Below are positions 17,622-27,635 of a stretch of DNA of 51,328 nt, piece after piece. A program made the position numbers and the translations under genes. The stretch is from Candidatus Epulonipiscium sp. GTDB lineage: Bacteria; Bacillota; Clostridia; Lachnospirales; Anaerotignaceae. The first letter of the stretch is position 1, and the number at the start of each line of letters is the position of its first letter. Location: positions 1-51,328 of the forward strand of contig JAAYQI010000126.1 in the NCBI GenBank assembly GCA_012519385.1, given 5' to 3'. The notes under the pieces are model-generated. The model had not been told where the DNA came from. It ran no database searches and worked only from the letters and a program-made list of their open reading frames with translations.

Positions 17622-20600
17622 TTACTTTTTATATTCATCAAGTTGTACCGAAACCATTCGAGAGATACCTTTTTCTTGCATAGTAACGCCATACAAAACA
17701 TCAGCAGCCTCCATGGTTCCTTTTCTATGGGTAATCACAATAAACTGTGTGCTATCGGAAAACTTTTTTAAGTATCTTGCATATCGCTTTACATTAATAT
17801 CATCCAAAGCAGCTTCAATCTCATCCAAAATGCAAAACGGAGAAGGTTTCATTTTTAAAATTGCAAATAAAATTGCGATTGCAGTCAATGCTCTTTCTCC
17901 ACCAGATAACAGCATCATATTTTGCAGACTTTTTCCCGGAGGCTGTGCGATAATTTCAATCGGTGAATCCAAAACATTATCGCTATCTTCCAACCGCAGA
18001 TAAGCCTTGCCACCTTCAAAAATCTCACGAAAAACCGTATTAAAATTTTCAGAAATCTCACGAAACTGTTTTTTAAACTGGTCTTCCATTAATATGGATA
18101 AGTCCTTCATCATTTGGGTTAATTGGGCTTTTGCATCCACAATATCCTGTCTTTGTTTGGTAAGAAATTGATGACGCTCTTTGATTGTTTTATATTGCTC
18201 TATTGCCGTTACATTTACATTTCCTAAATTTTTTAATTGTGATTTTAGTTGCTGAAGAAGTTGCTTATATCCGCTATCTAAGGGATGATGTTCACCAAAT
18301 TCTTTTGCACTTTGGTATGTCATTTCGTACTCATCCCATAAATCTTGATATAGCCTTTGTTTTTCTTCTTCCAGTTTGTCTATTTTCGTCTGCAAACGAT
18401 AAAGTTCATTTTTTACATGAGCGATGGCTTCCATTTTTTCCAGAGAAATTTCTTCCAACTGACTAACGGTTTCAAAAAGCTTCTTTCTTTTTTCTGTCAA
18501 ACCTGTCAGGGAAAGTTGTTGCTCCTGCTGGGCGGAAACAGATGCTTCTAGCTCTGTTTTTATTGCAAGGATTTCTTGCTGATATTTTTGCCGATTTTCC
18601 AAAGACTGTTGTTCCTGCTGTTTTATATCATCTATTTGCTTTGTTATCTCCGCAATATCATGGGTAAATCGGTATTTCATTTCCTGAAGATTTTTGATTT
18701 CTTGTAATTCTACAGAAAGCGCAACCTTAGCCTCTGTAATTTCTTTCAGCAACATTTCTCTGCTATTTTTTCCTTGTAACATATTTGTTTGCTGTTCCTG
18801 AAAAGAAAGGTTCATTTCCTCCATGCACTGCTCTGTTTTCAAAAGCTCCTCTTTACAATGCTGCAACGTATTCTGTGCCGCTGTAATCTGGCTTGCAAAT
18901 TTATCACGGTCAGCATAAAACTGCTTCATTCTTGTATTCAGTTCTTCTAGTGCTGTGTGAGTGGTTTTATTTTCTTCGTGCAGTATTTTTATATCTGTGG
19001 ATATGGTCTGGAATTGTGTATTGACAGAACTGTAGTTTTTTTCCAGTTCTGCTATTTGGGACTCTGCTTTTTTGTACGCTTCCATATTTTCGTTGATTTT
19101 TGTTTCCAAATCTATTAACTCTAATGTCAGCGTTTGTATTTCACGGCTCCGTCCCCACATAGAGCCAACCTTTTTGGTATGGCTGCCTCCTGTGATAGCC
19201 CCACCAGTATTAATAATATCTCCATCAAGGGTTACTATTTTATAGCGGTAGAGATATTTTTTTGCTAAGTGAATAGCAGAATCAATATGATTCACAACTA
19301 CAATTCTTCCCAGTAATGAAGAAAAAATATCATGATATGTAGGAGCAAAAGAAATTAGTTGAGAAGCAATGCCCAACACAGATTTTTCAAGTAAAATCTT
19401 ATCTTTTTCAGGATGTAAGGTATTGCCTTTGATAGATGAAATGGGTAAAAATGTTCCTCGTCCCAAGTTATGTGTCTTTAAATATTGTATTGCTTTTTTT
19501 GCATCTTCTTCTGTTTCGGTCACAATGTTTTGTAATGCACTGCCTAATGCAACTTCGATTGCCGTTTCATATTCTGGGCTTACTCGCAATAATTCCCCCA
19601 CTGCTCCATGAATACCCTTCCAGTTATGAGGTTCCTGCTGTTTTAGTTGCAATATACTTTTTACGCTTTTAAAAAAACCTTCATATTCTTGCTCCATTTC
19701 GTGTAAAAGAGCTAGACGGGATTTTTTTTGGCTTATTGTATGCTCAAGCTCTTGCTTCACTTTTTTTATAGAATCCATCTTTCCTAAACACATATTGCGT
19801 TCTTGTTCCAAGGAGTTTTTTTGCATAATCTTTTGTTCTTCTAAGACTTTTAAATCTTCCAGTTGTTTTTGAACCGTCAGAAGATGTGTTTGCTTTGTAT
19901 GAATCTGGGCTTCTTGATACGCTATTTCTTCCTCAAGCTGTTCCTGCCTTTGGCCAAGCTGGTGCAGCAATACTTCATTTTGAGAAATCTGCCCTTTTAA
20001 TTCTGTACTGCTGCGAATTTGTTGCATAATGTTCTCTTGATACTGGTCATACTCTAGAGTATTTTTTTCAAGAATACGGTTTAAAGAGAGAAGCTCCTTC
20101 TCCAACTCAGCCATTTTCCCCTCTTTTGCAACAACCTGTAGCTGGGCTTTATTTAATTTGGTATCCAGTAATTTTGATTCCTGTTCTAAATCAGAAGTTT
20201 TCTCAGTTTTATAATGTAAATCTTCTTGAAGCCGTTTTTGCTTTTCCTCCTCGGCAAAAATCTGCTGTTTGAGCACACGCAGGGTACCTTCTTTTTGTTC
20301 TGCTTTTGTTCTTAAAGCTATGATGTCGTCGGAAATCTCTTGTATCTTTTCCGAAAGGATGCCCGCATATTTACGTATAGATATAATTTCTTCTTTTCTT
20401 TTTTGCCCTTCATGCAAGAGAGAATCTGCCTCATCTTGAGAAATTTGCTTATTCTTTTCCAAGCGATTTAATTCTGCTTCTATTTTATCTACATTAGCAC
20501 AAAAAGCAGATACTTCTATTTTTTTAAGCTGTTCTTTCAATGCCAAATATTCTTTTGCTGTGTCCGCTTGTTCTTTTAAAGGACCCATTTGTTCTTCCAG

Positions 20601-21191
20601 TTCGGAAATAATATCTTCTATTCTACATAGATTTTGCTGTTCTTTTTCCAACTGGGCAATGGCCTCATTTTTTCTGGTTTTATGCTTTATGATTCCTGCG
20701 GCTTCCTCAAAAATTTTTCTTCTATCTTCTGACTTTGTGCTTAAAATTTCATCAATTCTGCCTTGGCTGATGATGGAATATCCTTCCTTGCCTACGCCAG
20801 TATCCATAAATAATTCATGGATATCTTTCAGGCGGCAAACCATGCCATTGATGAGATACTCGCTCTCTCCCGAACGAAAAACCCGCCTTGTAACAGTAAC
20901 CTCTGTATAATCTATGGGCATTTCGTGCTGTGCATTATCAATGGTAATGGCAACCTCCGCAAAGCCCAGAGGTTTTCGTACCTCTGTTCCCAAGAAAATG
21001 ACATCCTCCATTTTGTCCCCACGAAGGCTTCTGGCTTTCTGCTCACCCAGTACCCAACGAATGGCATCAGAAATATTACTTTTTCCACTGCCATTAGGCC
21101 CAACAATAGCAGTAATGCCTGGCTGAAATTCCAGTTTGATTTTATCAGGAAAAGATTTGAACCCTTGCAGATCCAAACGTTTTAAATACAC
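17622..21191 (-). CDS. smc: Chromosome segregation protein SMC
   Basis: 1189 aa. Walker A GPNGSGKSN, long coiled coils with a central hinge, signature LSGGE, Walker B ILDEIEAALD. GTG start. Confidence 0.95.
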   Translation of the reverse strand: MYLKRLDLQGFKSFPDKIKLEFQPGITAIVGPNGSGKSNISDAIRWVLGEQKARSLRGDKMEDVIFLGTEVRKPLGFAEVAITIDNAQHEMPIDYTEVTVTRRVFRSGESEYLINGMVCRLKDIHELFMDTGVGKEGYSIISQGRIDEILSTKSEDRRKIFEEAAGIIKHKTRKNEAIAQLEKEQQNLCRIEDIISELEEQMGPLKEQADTAKEYLALKEQLKKIEVSAFCANVDKIEAELNRLEKNKQISQDEADSLLHEGQKRKEEIISIRKYAGILSEKIQEISDDIIALRTKAEQKEGTLRVLKQQIFAEEEKQKRLQEDLHYKTEKTSDLEQESKLLDTKLNKAQLQVVAKEGKMAELEKELLSLNRILEKNTLEYDQYQENIMQQIRSSTELKGQISQNEVLLHQLGQRQEQLEEEIAYQEAQIHTKQTHLLTVQKQLEDLKVLEEQKIMQKNSLEQERNMCLGKMDSIKKVKQELEHTISQKKSRLALLHEMEQEYEGFFKSVKSILQLKQQEPHNWKGIHGAVGELLRVSPEYETAIEVALGSALQNIVTETEEDAKKAIQYLKTHNLGRGTFLPISSIKGNTLHPEKDKILLEKSVLGIASQLISFAPTYHDIFSSLLGRIVVVNHIDSAIHLAKKYLYRYKIVTLDGDIINTGGAITGGSHTKKVGSMWGRSREIQTLTLELIDLETKINENMEAYKKAESQIAELEKNYSSVNTQFQTISTDIKILHEENKTTHTALEELNTRMKQFYADRDKFASQITAAQNTLQHCKEELLKTEQCMEEMNLSFQEQQTNMLQGKNSREMLLKEITEAKVALSVELQEIKNLQEMKYRFTHDIAEITKQIDDIKQQEQQSLENRQKYQQEILAIKTELEASVSAQQEQQLSLTGLTEKRKKLFETVSQLEEISLEKMEAIAHVKNELYRLQTKIDKLEEEKQRLYQDLWDEYEMTYQSAKEFGEHHPLDSGYKQLLQQLKSQLKNLGNVNVTAIEQYKTIKERHQFLTKQRQDIVDAKAQLTQMMKDLSILMEDQFKKQFREISENFNTVFREIFEGGKAYLRLEDSDNVLDSPIEIIAQPPGKSLQNMMLLSGGERALTAIAILFAILKMKPSPFCILDEIEAALDDINVKRYARYLKKFSDSTQFIVITHRKGTMEAADVLYGVTMQEKGISRMVSVQLDEYKK

Positions 21192-21268
21192 AATGGCTAC
21201 ACCGCCTTTATATAAATATCACATATCTTTGAAAAAGAATGGTTGTCTTTTGCCGCTCTTTTTCGTTT

Positions 21269-22540
21269 TTATAATACAACTCGTCCGCCTACAACTGCAT
21301 GAAGCACCCTTCCTTTTACAACAGTGCCTTGGAAAGGGGAAAATTTTGCTTTTGATGCAAACTGATTCGCATCAATAGCATAGCTTTGGGCAGTATCTAC
21401 AATAATCAAATCTCCATCCATGCCTTCTGCTAACACACCTTTTTTCTTCAAGCCTAAAATTTGCGCAGGACGTAAAGATAGCTTTTCTACCAAGGTTTCT
21501 ATGGATATAATTCCTGTTTCCACCAAATTGGTATAGCTTAATGCAAATGTTGTCTCAAAAGAAGAAATGCCATATGCCGCATTATCAAATTCTGTATATT
21601 TATCGGAGTAATTGGTAGGCCTATGCCCAGAAGCAATCACATCAATGGTGCCATCTGCAATACCCTCGATAATGGCATTTACGTCTTCCTGCGTTCTAAG
21701 AGGTGGGTTCACCTTTACTAAAGTGTTATAGTTGCCTACTGCTTCTTCTGTCAGCAGAAAATAGTGAGGGCAGGTTTCGCAAGTAATATTTACCCCTTTG
21801 CTTTTGGCAGAACGAATAAGCTCAACAGAGCCTTTTGTACTGACATGAGCAATATGGAGCCTGCCTCCTGTTGCTTCTGCCAAAATGATATTGCGTGCAA
21901 CAATCACTTCTTCAGCTTCTTTGGGCATCCCAAAAAGCCCAAGGCTAGACGCCGTAAAACCGTCATTCATCACGCCTCTGCCCGATAGGCTTTTGTCTTC
22001 GCAATGGGTAATTACTGGCATATCAAACATTCTGGAATATCTTAATATATTTCTTAAAAAAGCCGCACTTTCTACATATTCATCCCCGTCGGATACGCCT
22101 ATAATTCCTGCTCGGTTCATTTCACCTATTTCTGCCATATCCTTACCCTTACAGCCAATAGACATACTTCCATAAGGGTAAATATTGACACAGGAGTAAT
22201 CTATCCCCTTAGAAACAACATATTCCACCACTGTTTTATTATCAATGACAGGGTTCGTATTTGGCTGACAAGTGATGGAAGTAAATCCTCCCCGTACAGC
22301 ACTTTGGGATGCTGTTTCAATATCTTCTATGTATTCAAAACCAGGGTCGCAAATATCACAATGCATATCTATAAAACCAGGCAATACATAATTCCTGTTT
22401 GCATCCAATAACTGTACTCCCTGCGTATCTAAATTCTTTCCAATTTTTGCAATGGTACTGTCTTCTATTAAAATATCATATGCTTCTTCTTTTTCATAAC
22501 CAGAAAAGAGTATTTTTGCATTTTGAATCAATGTTTTCAA
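21269..22540 (-). CDS. pyrC: Dihydroorotase-family protein (PyrC-like) with non-canonical active-site residues
   Basis: Collinear with type-I DHOases (QPNTNPVIDN, THCEDKSL, HIAHVSTK, KVNPPLR). However, DxHVHxRxPG reads DMHCDICDPG, PHHL reads PHYF, and (A/S)TDHAPH reads ASGHRPT. The TTG start overlaps the pyrB-like stop, with GGAGGTGG 6 nt upstream. Confidence 0.8.
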   Translation of the reverse strand: MKTLIQNAKILFSGYEKEEAYDILIEDSTIAKIGKNLDTQGVQLLDANRNYVLPGFIDMHCDICDPGFEYIEDIETASQSAVRGGFTSITCQPNTNPVIDNKTVVEYVVSKGIDYSCVNIYPYGSMSIGCKGKDMAEIGEMNRAGIIGVSDGDEYVESAAFLRNILRYSRMFDMPVITHCEDKSLSGRGVMNDGFTASSLGLFGMPKEAEEVIVARNIILAEATGGRLHIAHVSTKGSVELIRSAKSKGVNITCETCPHYFLLTEEAVGNYNTLVKVNPPLRTQEDVNAIIEGIADGTIDVIASGHRPTNYSDKYTEFDNAAYGISSFETTFALSYTNLVETGIISIETLVEKLSLRPAQILGLKKKGVLAEGMDGDLIIVDTAQSYAIDANQFASKAKFSPFQGTVVKGRVLHAVVGGRVVL

Positions 22541-23466
22541 TGAAGGCCACCTCCAATCTGAGAAAGAATATACAGCATTGCCATACGCACAGCAACACTA
22601 TTGGCAATCTGGTCATTAATAATACACTGTTGCCCATCAATCACTTTAGAAGAAATTTCAATGCCCCGCTGAATCGGCCCAGGATGCATTACAATAGCAT
22701 CTTTTTTTGCATAACTTAATAAATCCTCATCAATGCGGAAAAAATGTTTAAACTCATCCAAGGACGGCAGTACGTGTTTATTGCGGCTTTCCATACGAAT
22801 ACGGTTTGTCAAAATAACATCCGCACCTGCCACAGCCTGCCTCACGTCATAAAATACTTCTACACCAAATTTTTCAATATCGGTAGGCAATAATGTGGGC
22901 GGGCCAGATACGCATACCTGTGCGCCCAGCTTTGTAAGACCCCACATATTGCTTTTGCAAACCCTACTATGTATTAAATCTCCGATAATAGCAACTTTTA
23001 AGCCTTCAAAGTCGCCTTTTCGTTCTTTAATTGTCATAAGGTCCAACAAGGATTGTCCAGGATTTTCATTAAATCCATCCCCTGCATTGATTACGGATGC
23101 CTCCACATTTTCCGCCAGAAGCTGTGCCGCACCTGCCATGGGATGACGTAAAATAATAAAATCAGCACCCATTTGGTCGATTAACTGCCCCATATCTTGC
23201 AATGTTTCTGTGTTGGATATGGTTGCTGAGCCTGTCATATCCACAACATTGGCACTAAGATGCTGTGCCGCTAATTCATAAGATAGCTTTGCCCTTGCAC
23301 TTGGTTCATAAAATAGAATGATAACAGACTTTCCCTGCAAATGAGGAGATTTCTTATTTTTTTGATTTAAGATATATTTCATGGTTTCAGCAGTACTCAG
23401 AATATAACGGATTTCCTCAGGGCTCAAATCCTTCAGCCCAAAAAAATCCTTTCGTCTAAATGTCAT
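22537..23466 (-). CDS. pyrB: Aspartate carbamoyltransferase-family protein (PyrB-like) with non-canonical motifs
   Basis: Collinear with ATCase catalytic chains (ILRHP, INAGDG, GDLIHSRV, VMHPGPIQRGIEI). However, STRTR reads SARAK, KGETL reads NTETL, HPTQ reads NPGQ, and RxQxER reads RIRMES. Confidence 0.8.
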   Translation of the reverse strand: MTFRRKDFFGLKDLSPEEIRYILSTAETMKYILNQKNKKSPHLQGKSVIILFYEPSARAKLSYELAAQHLSANVVDMTGSATISNTETLQDMGQLIDQMGADFIILRHPMAGAAQLLAENVEASVINAGDGFNENPGQSLLDLMTIKERKGDFEGLKVAIIGDLIHSRVCKSNMWGLTKLGAQVCVSGPPTLLPTDIEKFGVEVFYDVRQAVAGADVILTNRIRMESRNKHVLPSLDEFKHFFRIDEDLLSYAKKDAIVMHPGPIQRGIEISSKVIDGQQCIINDQIANSVAVRMAMLYILSQIGGGLH

Positions 23467-23485
23467 GCTATCCCTCCTGTTCCCA

Positions 23486-24406
23486 CTAGCTTCGCAATCC
23501 TAATTTATCTAATAATTTTTGAAAATACTCTGGTAGCGGAGCTTCATACTCCATATATTGCCCCGTGATAGGATGAATAAAACCTAATACACGGGCATGC
23601 AATACTTGTCCTTGCAGATGAAAGGGCTGTTTTTTGGGGCCATACACTTCATCTCCCAATAAAGGGTGTCCAATAGAAGCCATATGCACACGGATTTGAT
23701 GGGTACGTCCAGTTTCCAGTTGGGCTTCGATATAATTAAAGTTATTACTGCGTGACAGCACTTTAAAATGAGTAATAGCGTCACGGCTGTTTTTTTCTGT
23801 TACTGCCATCCTTTTCCTATCTTGAGGATGCCTACCGATAGGCTTATGAATGGTGCCTGTATCCTCTTTTATGTTATTATACACAACTGCATTATATTTT
23901 CTTGTAATGCTATGCTCGCTCAACTGCAGTGCCAATGATTGATGTGCTGTATTACTTTTGGCTACTACAAGCACGCCCGAAGTATCTTTATCAATACGGT
24001 GCACAATCCCTGGTCGAAGCATACCATTTATGCCCGATAATGACTCCTTGCAGTGATATAGCAGTGCATTTACCAGTGTTCCCTGATAATGCCCAGGGGC
24101 AGGATGCACTACCATGCCTTGCGGTTTATTTACAACAATGATATCTGCATCCTCATATAAAATATCTAGAGGAATATCTTCTGCTTCAATCTGTATTTCT
24201 TCCGTATCAGGAATTTCTACCTGTATGCTATCATTTTCTCTCAATTTGTAATTTGATTTTACATTTTTATCATTTACTTGAATGTGGTTTGATTCCAACA
24301 GCTTTTGTATAGCATTTCGAGAAAGCTCCTCCACTTGCTCCGATAAAAAAACGTCTATTCTTCTTCCTGCATCTTCTTTTTCTGCTACAAAATATAATGT
24401 TTCCAT
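23486..24406 (-). CDS. rluD: 23S rRNA pseudouridine synthase, RluD family
   Basis: N-terminal S4 domain plus catalytic HRIDKDTSGVLVVAK motif. Start moved to ATG 24406 (GGTGGA upstream), 10 nt after the lspA stop. Confidence 0.9.
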   Translation of the reverse strand: METLYFVAEKEDAGRRIDVFLSEQVEELSRNAIQKLLESNHIQVNDKNVKSNYKLRENDSIQVEIPDTEEIQIEAEDIPLDILYEDADIIVVNKPQGMVVHPAPGHYQGTLVNALLYHCKESLSGINGMLRPGIVHRIDKDTSGVLVVAKSNTAHQSLALQLSEHSITRKYNAVVYNNIKEDTGTIHKPIGRHPQDRKRMAVTEKNSRDAITHFKVLSRSNNFNYIEAQLETGRTHQIRVHMASIGHPLLGDEVYGPKKQPFHLQGQVLHARVLGFIHPITGQYMEYEAPLPEYFQKLLDKLGLRS

Positions 24407-24416
24407 AGTATCCACC

Positions 24417-24902
24417 TTATGATTTGTCTTTTTCTTTTTTTGGTTCATCCTTTAGCACAAATAGCATGATAAACATAAGAATACCAGTGCCTATTACAAC
24501 ATAAATATCTGCTACGTTAAATACAGGAAAACTGATGAAAGTAACCTCTAAAAAATCCACCACATACCCTCGATATATTCTATCAACAAAATTTCCTATT
24601 GCTCCCGCAAATATGAGAAGCAATGAAAAACGAATCCAAGTATTTACTTTATTCTTAGGCAATTTTATAAACGTATAAATAATTCCCAAAGAAACAATTA
24701 TGGTTATGATAACAAAAAGCCACCGTTGCCCCGATAAAAAGCCAAAAGCGCCTCCTCGGTTTTCCACAAATGTAAAATCAAGTAATCCTTTTATTACAGT
24801 TGTGTTTTCCAGTGGTTTTAAATACGTTAATGCCCAATATTTTGTAATATGGTCGATTGCCACCAATGTGATGGCAGCAATCATTGCGGCTAATAATAGC
24901 AT
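24417..24902 (-). CDS. lspA: Lipoprotein signal peptidase (signal peptidase II)
   Basis: 161 aa, 4 TM, conserved GNFVDR and FNVADIY boxes. Confidence 0.9.
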   Translation of the reverse strand: MLLLAAMIAAITLVAIDHITKYWALTYLKPLENTTVIKGLLDFTFVENRGGAFGFLSGQRWLFVIITIIVSLGIIYTFIKLPKNKVNTWIRFSLLLIFAGAIGNFVDRIYRGYVVDFLEVTFISFPVFNVADIYVVIGTGILMFIMLFVLKDEPKKEKDKS

Positions 24903-24915
24903 CTCTATCCATCCT

Positions 24916-25995
24916 TTATAATACTGATAAAATTGCTTGTTCTATACATTCTTTAGAAACAGCGTTGGTAGAATATGCCGTTCCCACACCATTTAATAAT
25001 ACAAAACTAATTTTATTCTGTTTTACTTTTTTATCTAAAAACATCTGGTCATAAATTTCAGATAGTGAGACATCCATAACACGAATCGGTAAGTCAAATT
25101 TTTTTAGGAAAAAGCGACACTCCTCTAATGTAGTATCAGGAAGCTCCCCTCTTTGTATACCGATAAAAATGGCGGCCAACATTCCTAGCCCAACACACTC
25201 TCCGTGGAGTAGTTTAAAATTTTTACATGTTTCAATGGCATGGCCTATGGTATGCCCAAAATTCAGTATTTCCCGAAGTCCACTTTCTTTTTCATCAGCA
25301 GAAACTACCTGTGCTTTTAGTGAACAGCAAGTGCCGATTAACTGTTTCATAATTGCGGCATCTTTCGCCATAATTGCTTCTAAATTTTCTCTTATAAAAC
25401 TTAAAAAAGGTGCAGAAATTATATATCCATATTTTATCACTTCCGCCATTCCTGCAGAAAACTCTCTTTTGGGTAGACTATGCAGGGTATTGGTATTAAT
25501 ATAAACAAACTCTGGCTGATAAAATGCCCCAATCATATTTTTGGAACCCATAAAATCCACACCAGTCTTTCCTCCTACACTGCTATCGACCTGCGCCAAT
25601 AGAGTAGTTGGTATCTGAATAAACCGAATCCCACGCATATAGGTTGCAGCAGCAAAACCTGCCATATCTCCGCATACCCCACCGCCCAATGCCACAACAA
25701 TAGACTTGCGATTCATATGATTTTTAATAAAAAACTCATAAAAATTAGATATCATTTCCAGTGTTTTATGTTCTTCCCCAGCTGGGAAAATATATTCCAA
25801 AACTTCACTAGAAACAGAGGATACTTCTTTCTTAATATCCTCTAGGTAAAGGGATGCTACATTACTGTCGGTAATAATGCAAAGCTGCTCTCCCTCCAGT
25901 TTTTGAGCAATTATTGTTTGTGCCAATGCTTGAAAGCCATCAGCAATGATGATGGGATAGCTTTTTTCTTCTGTTGTAACCATAATTTCTGTCAT
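24916..25995 (-). CDS. aroB: 3-dehydroquinate synthase
   Basis: Motifs GGGVCGDMAGFAAATYMRGIRFIQIPTTLLAQVDSSVGGKTG, NFGHTIGHAIE, HGECVGLGM. Confidence 0.9.
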   Translation of the reverse strand: MTEIMVTTEEKSYPIIIADGFQALAQTIIAQKLEGEQLCIITDSNVASLYLEDIKKEVSSVSSEVLEYIFPAGEEHKTLEMISNFYEFFIKNHMNRKSIVVALGGGVCGDMAGFAAATYMRGIRFIQIPTTLLAQVDSSVGGKTGVDFMGSKNMIGAFYQPEFVYINTNTLHSLPKREFSAGMAEVIKYGYIISAPFLSFIRENLEAIMAKDAAIMKQLIGTCCSLKAQVVSADEKESGLREILNFGHTIGHAIETCKNFKLLHGECVGLGMLAAIFIGIQRGELPDTTLEECRFFLKKFDLPIRVMDVSLSEIYDQMFLDKKVKQNKISFVLLNGVGTAYSTNAVSKECIEQAILSVL

Positions 25996-26028
25996 AGTAT
26001 CACCCCAATCTTCTGCTGTATCTATTTT

Positions 26029-26514
26029 TTACTCTTTCAAAGGTTGCTGTAATGCTTCTTCTTTTTCTGCAAATATTTCATTTTTATCCAAAAGTTCAAT
26101 CTCGGCATATAGCAGAAGTTTCACTCTGGTACGCATCAGCTCATATCTATTTTCCAACCTTGCAATATCTTGCTCCAATTCATAAACTTTTGTTCTTGCA
26201 TCGGATAAAATTTCTTCTGCTTTTTGCCTAGCATCATTTTTAATCTGCTCTGACATAAGCATAGCAGCCTCTTTCATTTCTGCTGCGGCCTTTTCGGCAA
26301 GTACCAAGGTACGTTCTAACCCACCTTGAATAGAATGGTATTTTTCATTATCCTGATGAAGCATACCTATTTTATCCTTCAATTCAATATTTTCTTTCAT
26401 TAATCGGTCATAATCTATACAGATTTCGTCCAAAAAAGCATCTACTTCTTCAGGCGAATAACCAACGGCTGATTTCTTGAATTCTTTTACTGCAATATCA
26501 TTGGGGGTTATCAT
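26029..26514 (-). CDS. divIVA: DivIVA-domain cell division protein
   Basis: N-terminal ITPNDIAVKEFKKSAVGYSPEEVDAFLDEI followed by coiled coil. Located after ylmH as in the dcw cluster tail. Confidence 0.85.
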   Translation of the reverse strand: MITPNDIAVKEFKKSAVGYSPEEVDAFLDEICIDYDRLMKENIELKDKIGMLHQDNEKYHSIQGGLERTLVLAEKAAAEMKEAAMLMSEQIKNDARQKAEEILSDARTKVYELEQDIARLENRYELMRTRVKLLLYAEIELLDKNEIFAEKEEALQQPLKE

Positions 26515-26526
26515 ACATATCCTCCT

Positions 26527-27321
26527 TTAAACATACTTTCCGACAAGAATGCTAATTCTATCTTTTTTTGTTTTGCCTTGTATTTCTTCCAGTCGAATAC
26601 GCCCGTATCCACGTAAAGAGAGCACATCCCCCTCCTCAACCGTTACAGATACGCTAGAAACTACACTCCAATTTCTACTGGCTTTTTCTCCTCGTATCAA
26701 ATCCTGAACCTTAGCCCTAGAAATATGAAAAACTGTACTCAGTATAACATCTATCCTAAGAGATGAAACAGTAAATCGGTCTTGCACATTTTTTTTTGAG
26801 ACAATATTCTCGGGTAACTCAGATAAAATCTCAACCTTCACAGGAGTACGAGACACTTTCACGAGTTGTGAAGAAATATATTCTGCAATATCTTCTTTTG
26901 CAATACAAATCGCACCATTTTCCGTAAGAACAATATCTCCTATCTTACTCCTATCGATGCCCAACCCCAGAATAGAACCTAAATAATCACGATGACTCAA
27001 ATCCTTCTGGGCAAATTTAGGAGCAATGCCAATTTTCAAAACCTTGATAGGGAACATTTCCTTAGTCATTTCCATATAATCTGGTGCAAAACCAAACAAT
27101 TTTCGCTCTGCATCGTCCAAGCATCCATATATTTGAAAAGATAACTCAGGAATACGGCATACAATCTCTTGCAAACGAATACATTTGGATAAATCCATAA
27201 AATCCGAAAAAGTAGCTTTATGTTTTTGCAAACAGAAATCAGCCTGATCTAAGGCTTTTGCAAATAAAAGCTTTTCCTCAGGCTGTTTCATATGTTTTAA
27301 TAAATCCTGCTTATGTAACAA
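26527..27321 (-). CDS. ylmH: YlmH-family RNA-binding protein (S4 domain)
   Basis: 264 aa with a C-terminal S4-like segment (RIDVILSTVFHISRAKVQDLIRGEKASRNW). Synteny yggT-ylmH-divIVA. TTG start with GAAGGGTG upstream. Confidence 0.8.
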   Translation of the reverse strand: MLHKQDLLKHMKQPEEKLLFAKALDQADFCLQKHKATFSDFMDLSKCIRLQEIVCRIPELSFQIYGCLDDAERKLFGFAPDYMEMTKEMFPIKVLKIGIAPKFAQKDLSHRDYLGSILGLGIDRSKIGDIVLTENGAICIAKEDIAEYISSQLVKVSRTPVKVEILSELPENIVSKKNVQDRFTVSSLRIDVILSTVFHISRAKVQDLIRGEKASRNWSVVSSVSVTVEEGDVLSLRGYGRIRLEEIQGKTKKDRISILVGKYV

Positions 27322-27336
27322 TAGGTGTCACACCCT

Positions 27337-27621
27337 TCAGAGTAACCCAATCAATCCATGAAGAATGGATTGCACAAAACGCATTAGAATAAACGCAATA
27401 AACGGAGAAAAATCTAACATTCCTCCACCCAAAGGCGAGCGATTTAGCATCTCTCGCAGAGGAGCTAATATAGGCTCCGTTAAAGCATAAAGCATTCTGA
27501 TGATAGAATTATCTCTTCCAATAGGAAGCCAAGATAAAATAATACGAATAAATATTAAAAATTCTAATAGTGAAAAAAAGTAATCAACCGCTAAAGATAG
27601 TAAACCTTGCATATCTCCCAA
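27337..27621 (-). CDS. yggT: YggT family membrane protein (YlmG)
   Basis: 94 aa, 2 TM, typical ..IFIRIILSWLP.. motif. Lies between sepF and ylmH. TTG start with GAAGGT 7 nt upstream. Confidence 0.85.
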   Translation of the reverse strand: MGDMQGLLSLAVDYFFSLLEFLIFIRIILSWLPIGRDNSIIRMLYALTEPILAPLREMLNRSPLGGGMLDFSPFIAFILMRFVQSILHGLIGLL

Positions 27622-27635
27622 TATTGTTACCTTCG

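Noticed and set aside
23467-23485. PyrR-binding attenuator upstream of the pyrB-like gene.
   Set aside because: Only 19 nt separate it from rluD, which leaves no room for the binding loop and terminator/antiterminator. Its absence is used as context in the pyrB/pyrC finding.
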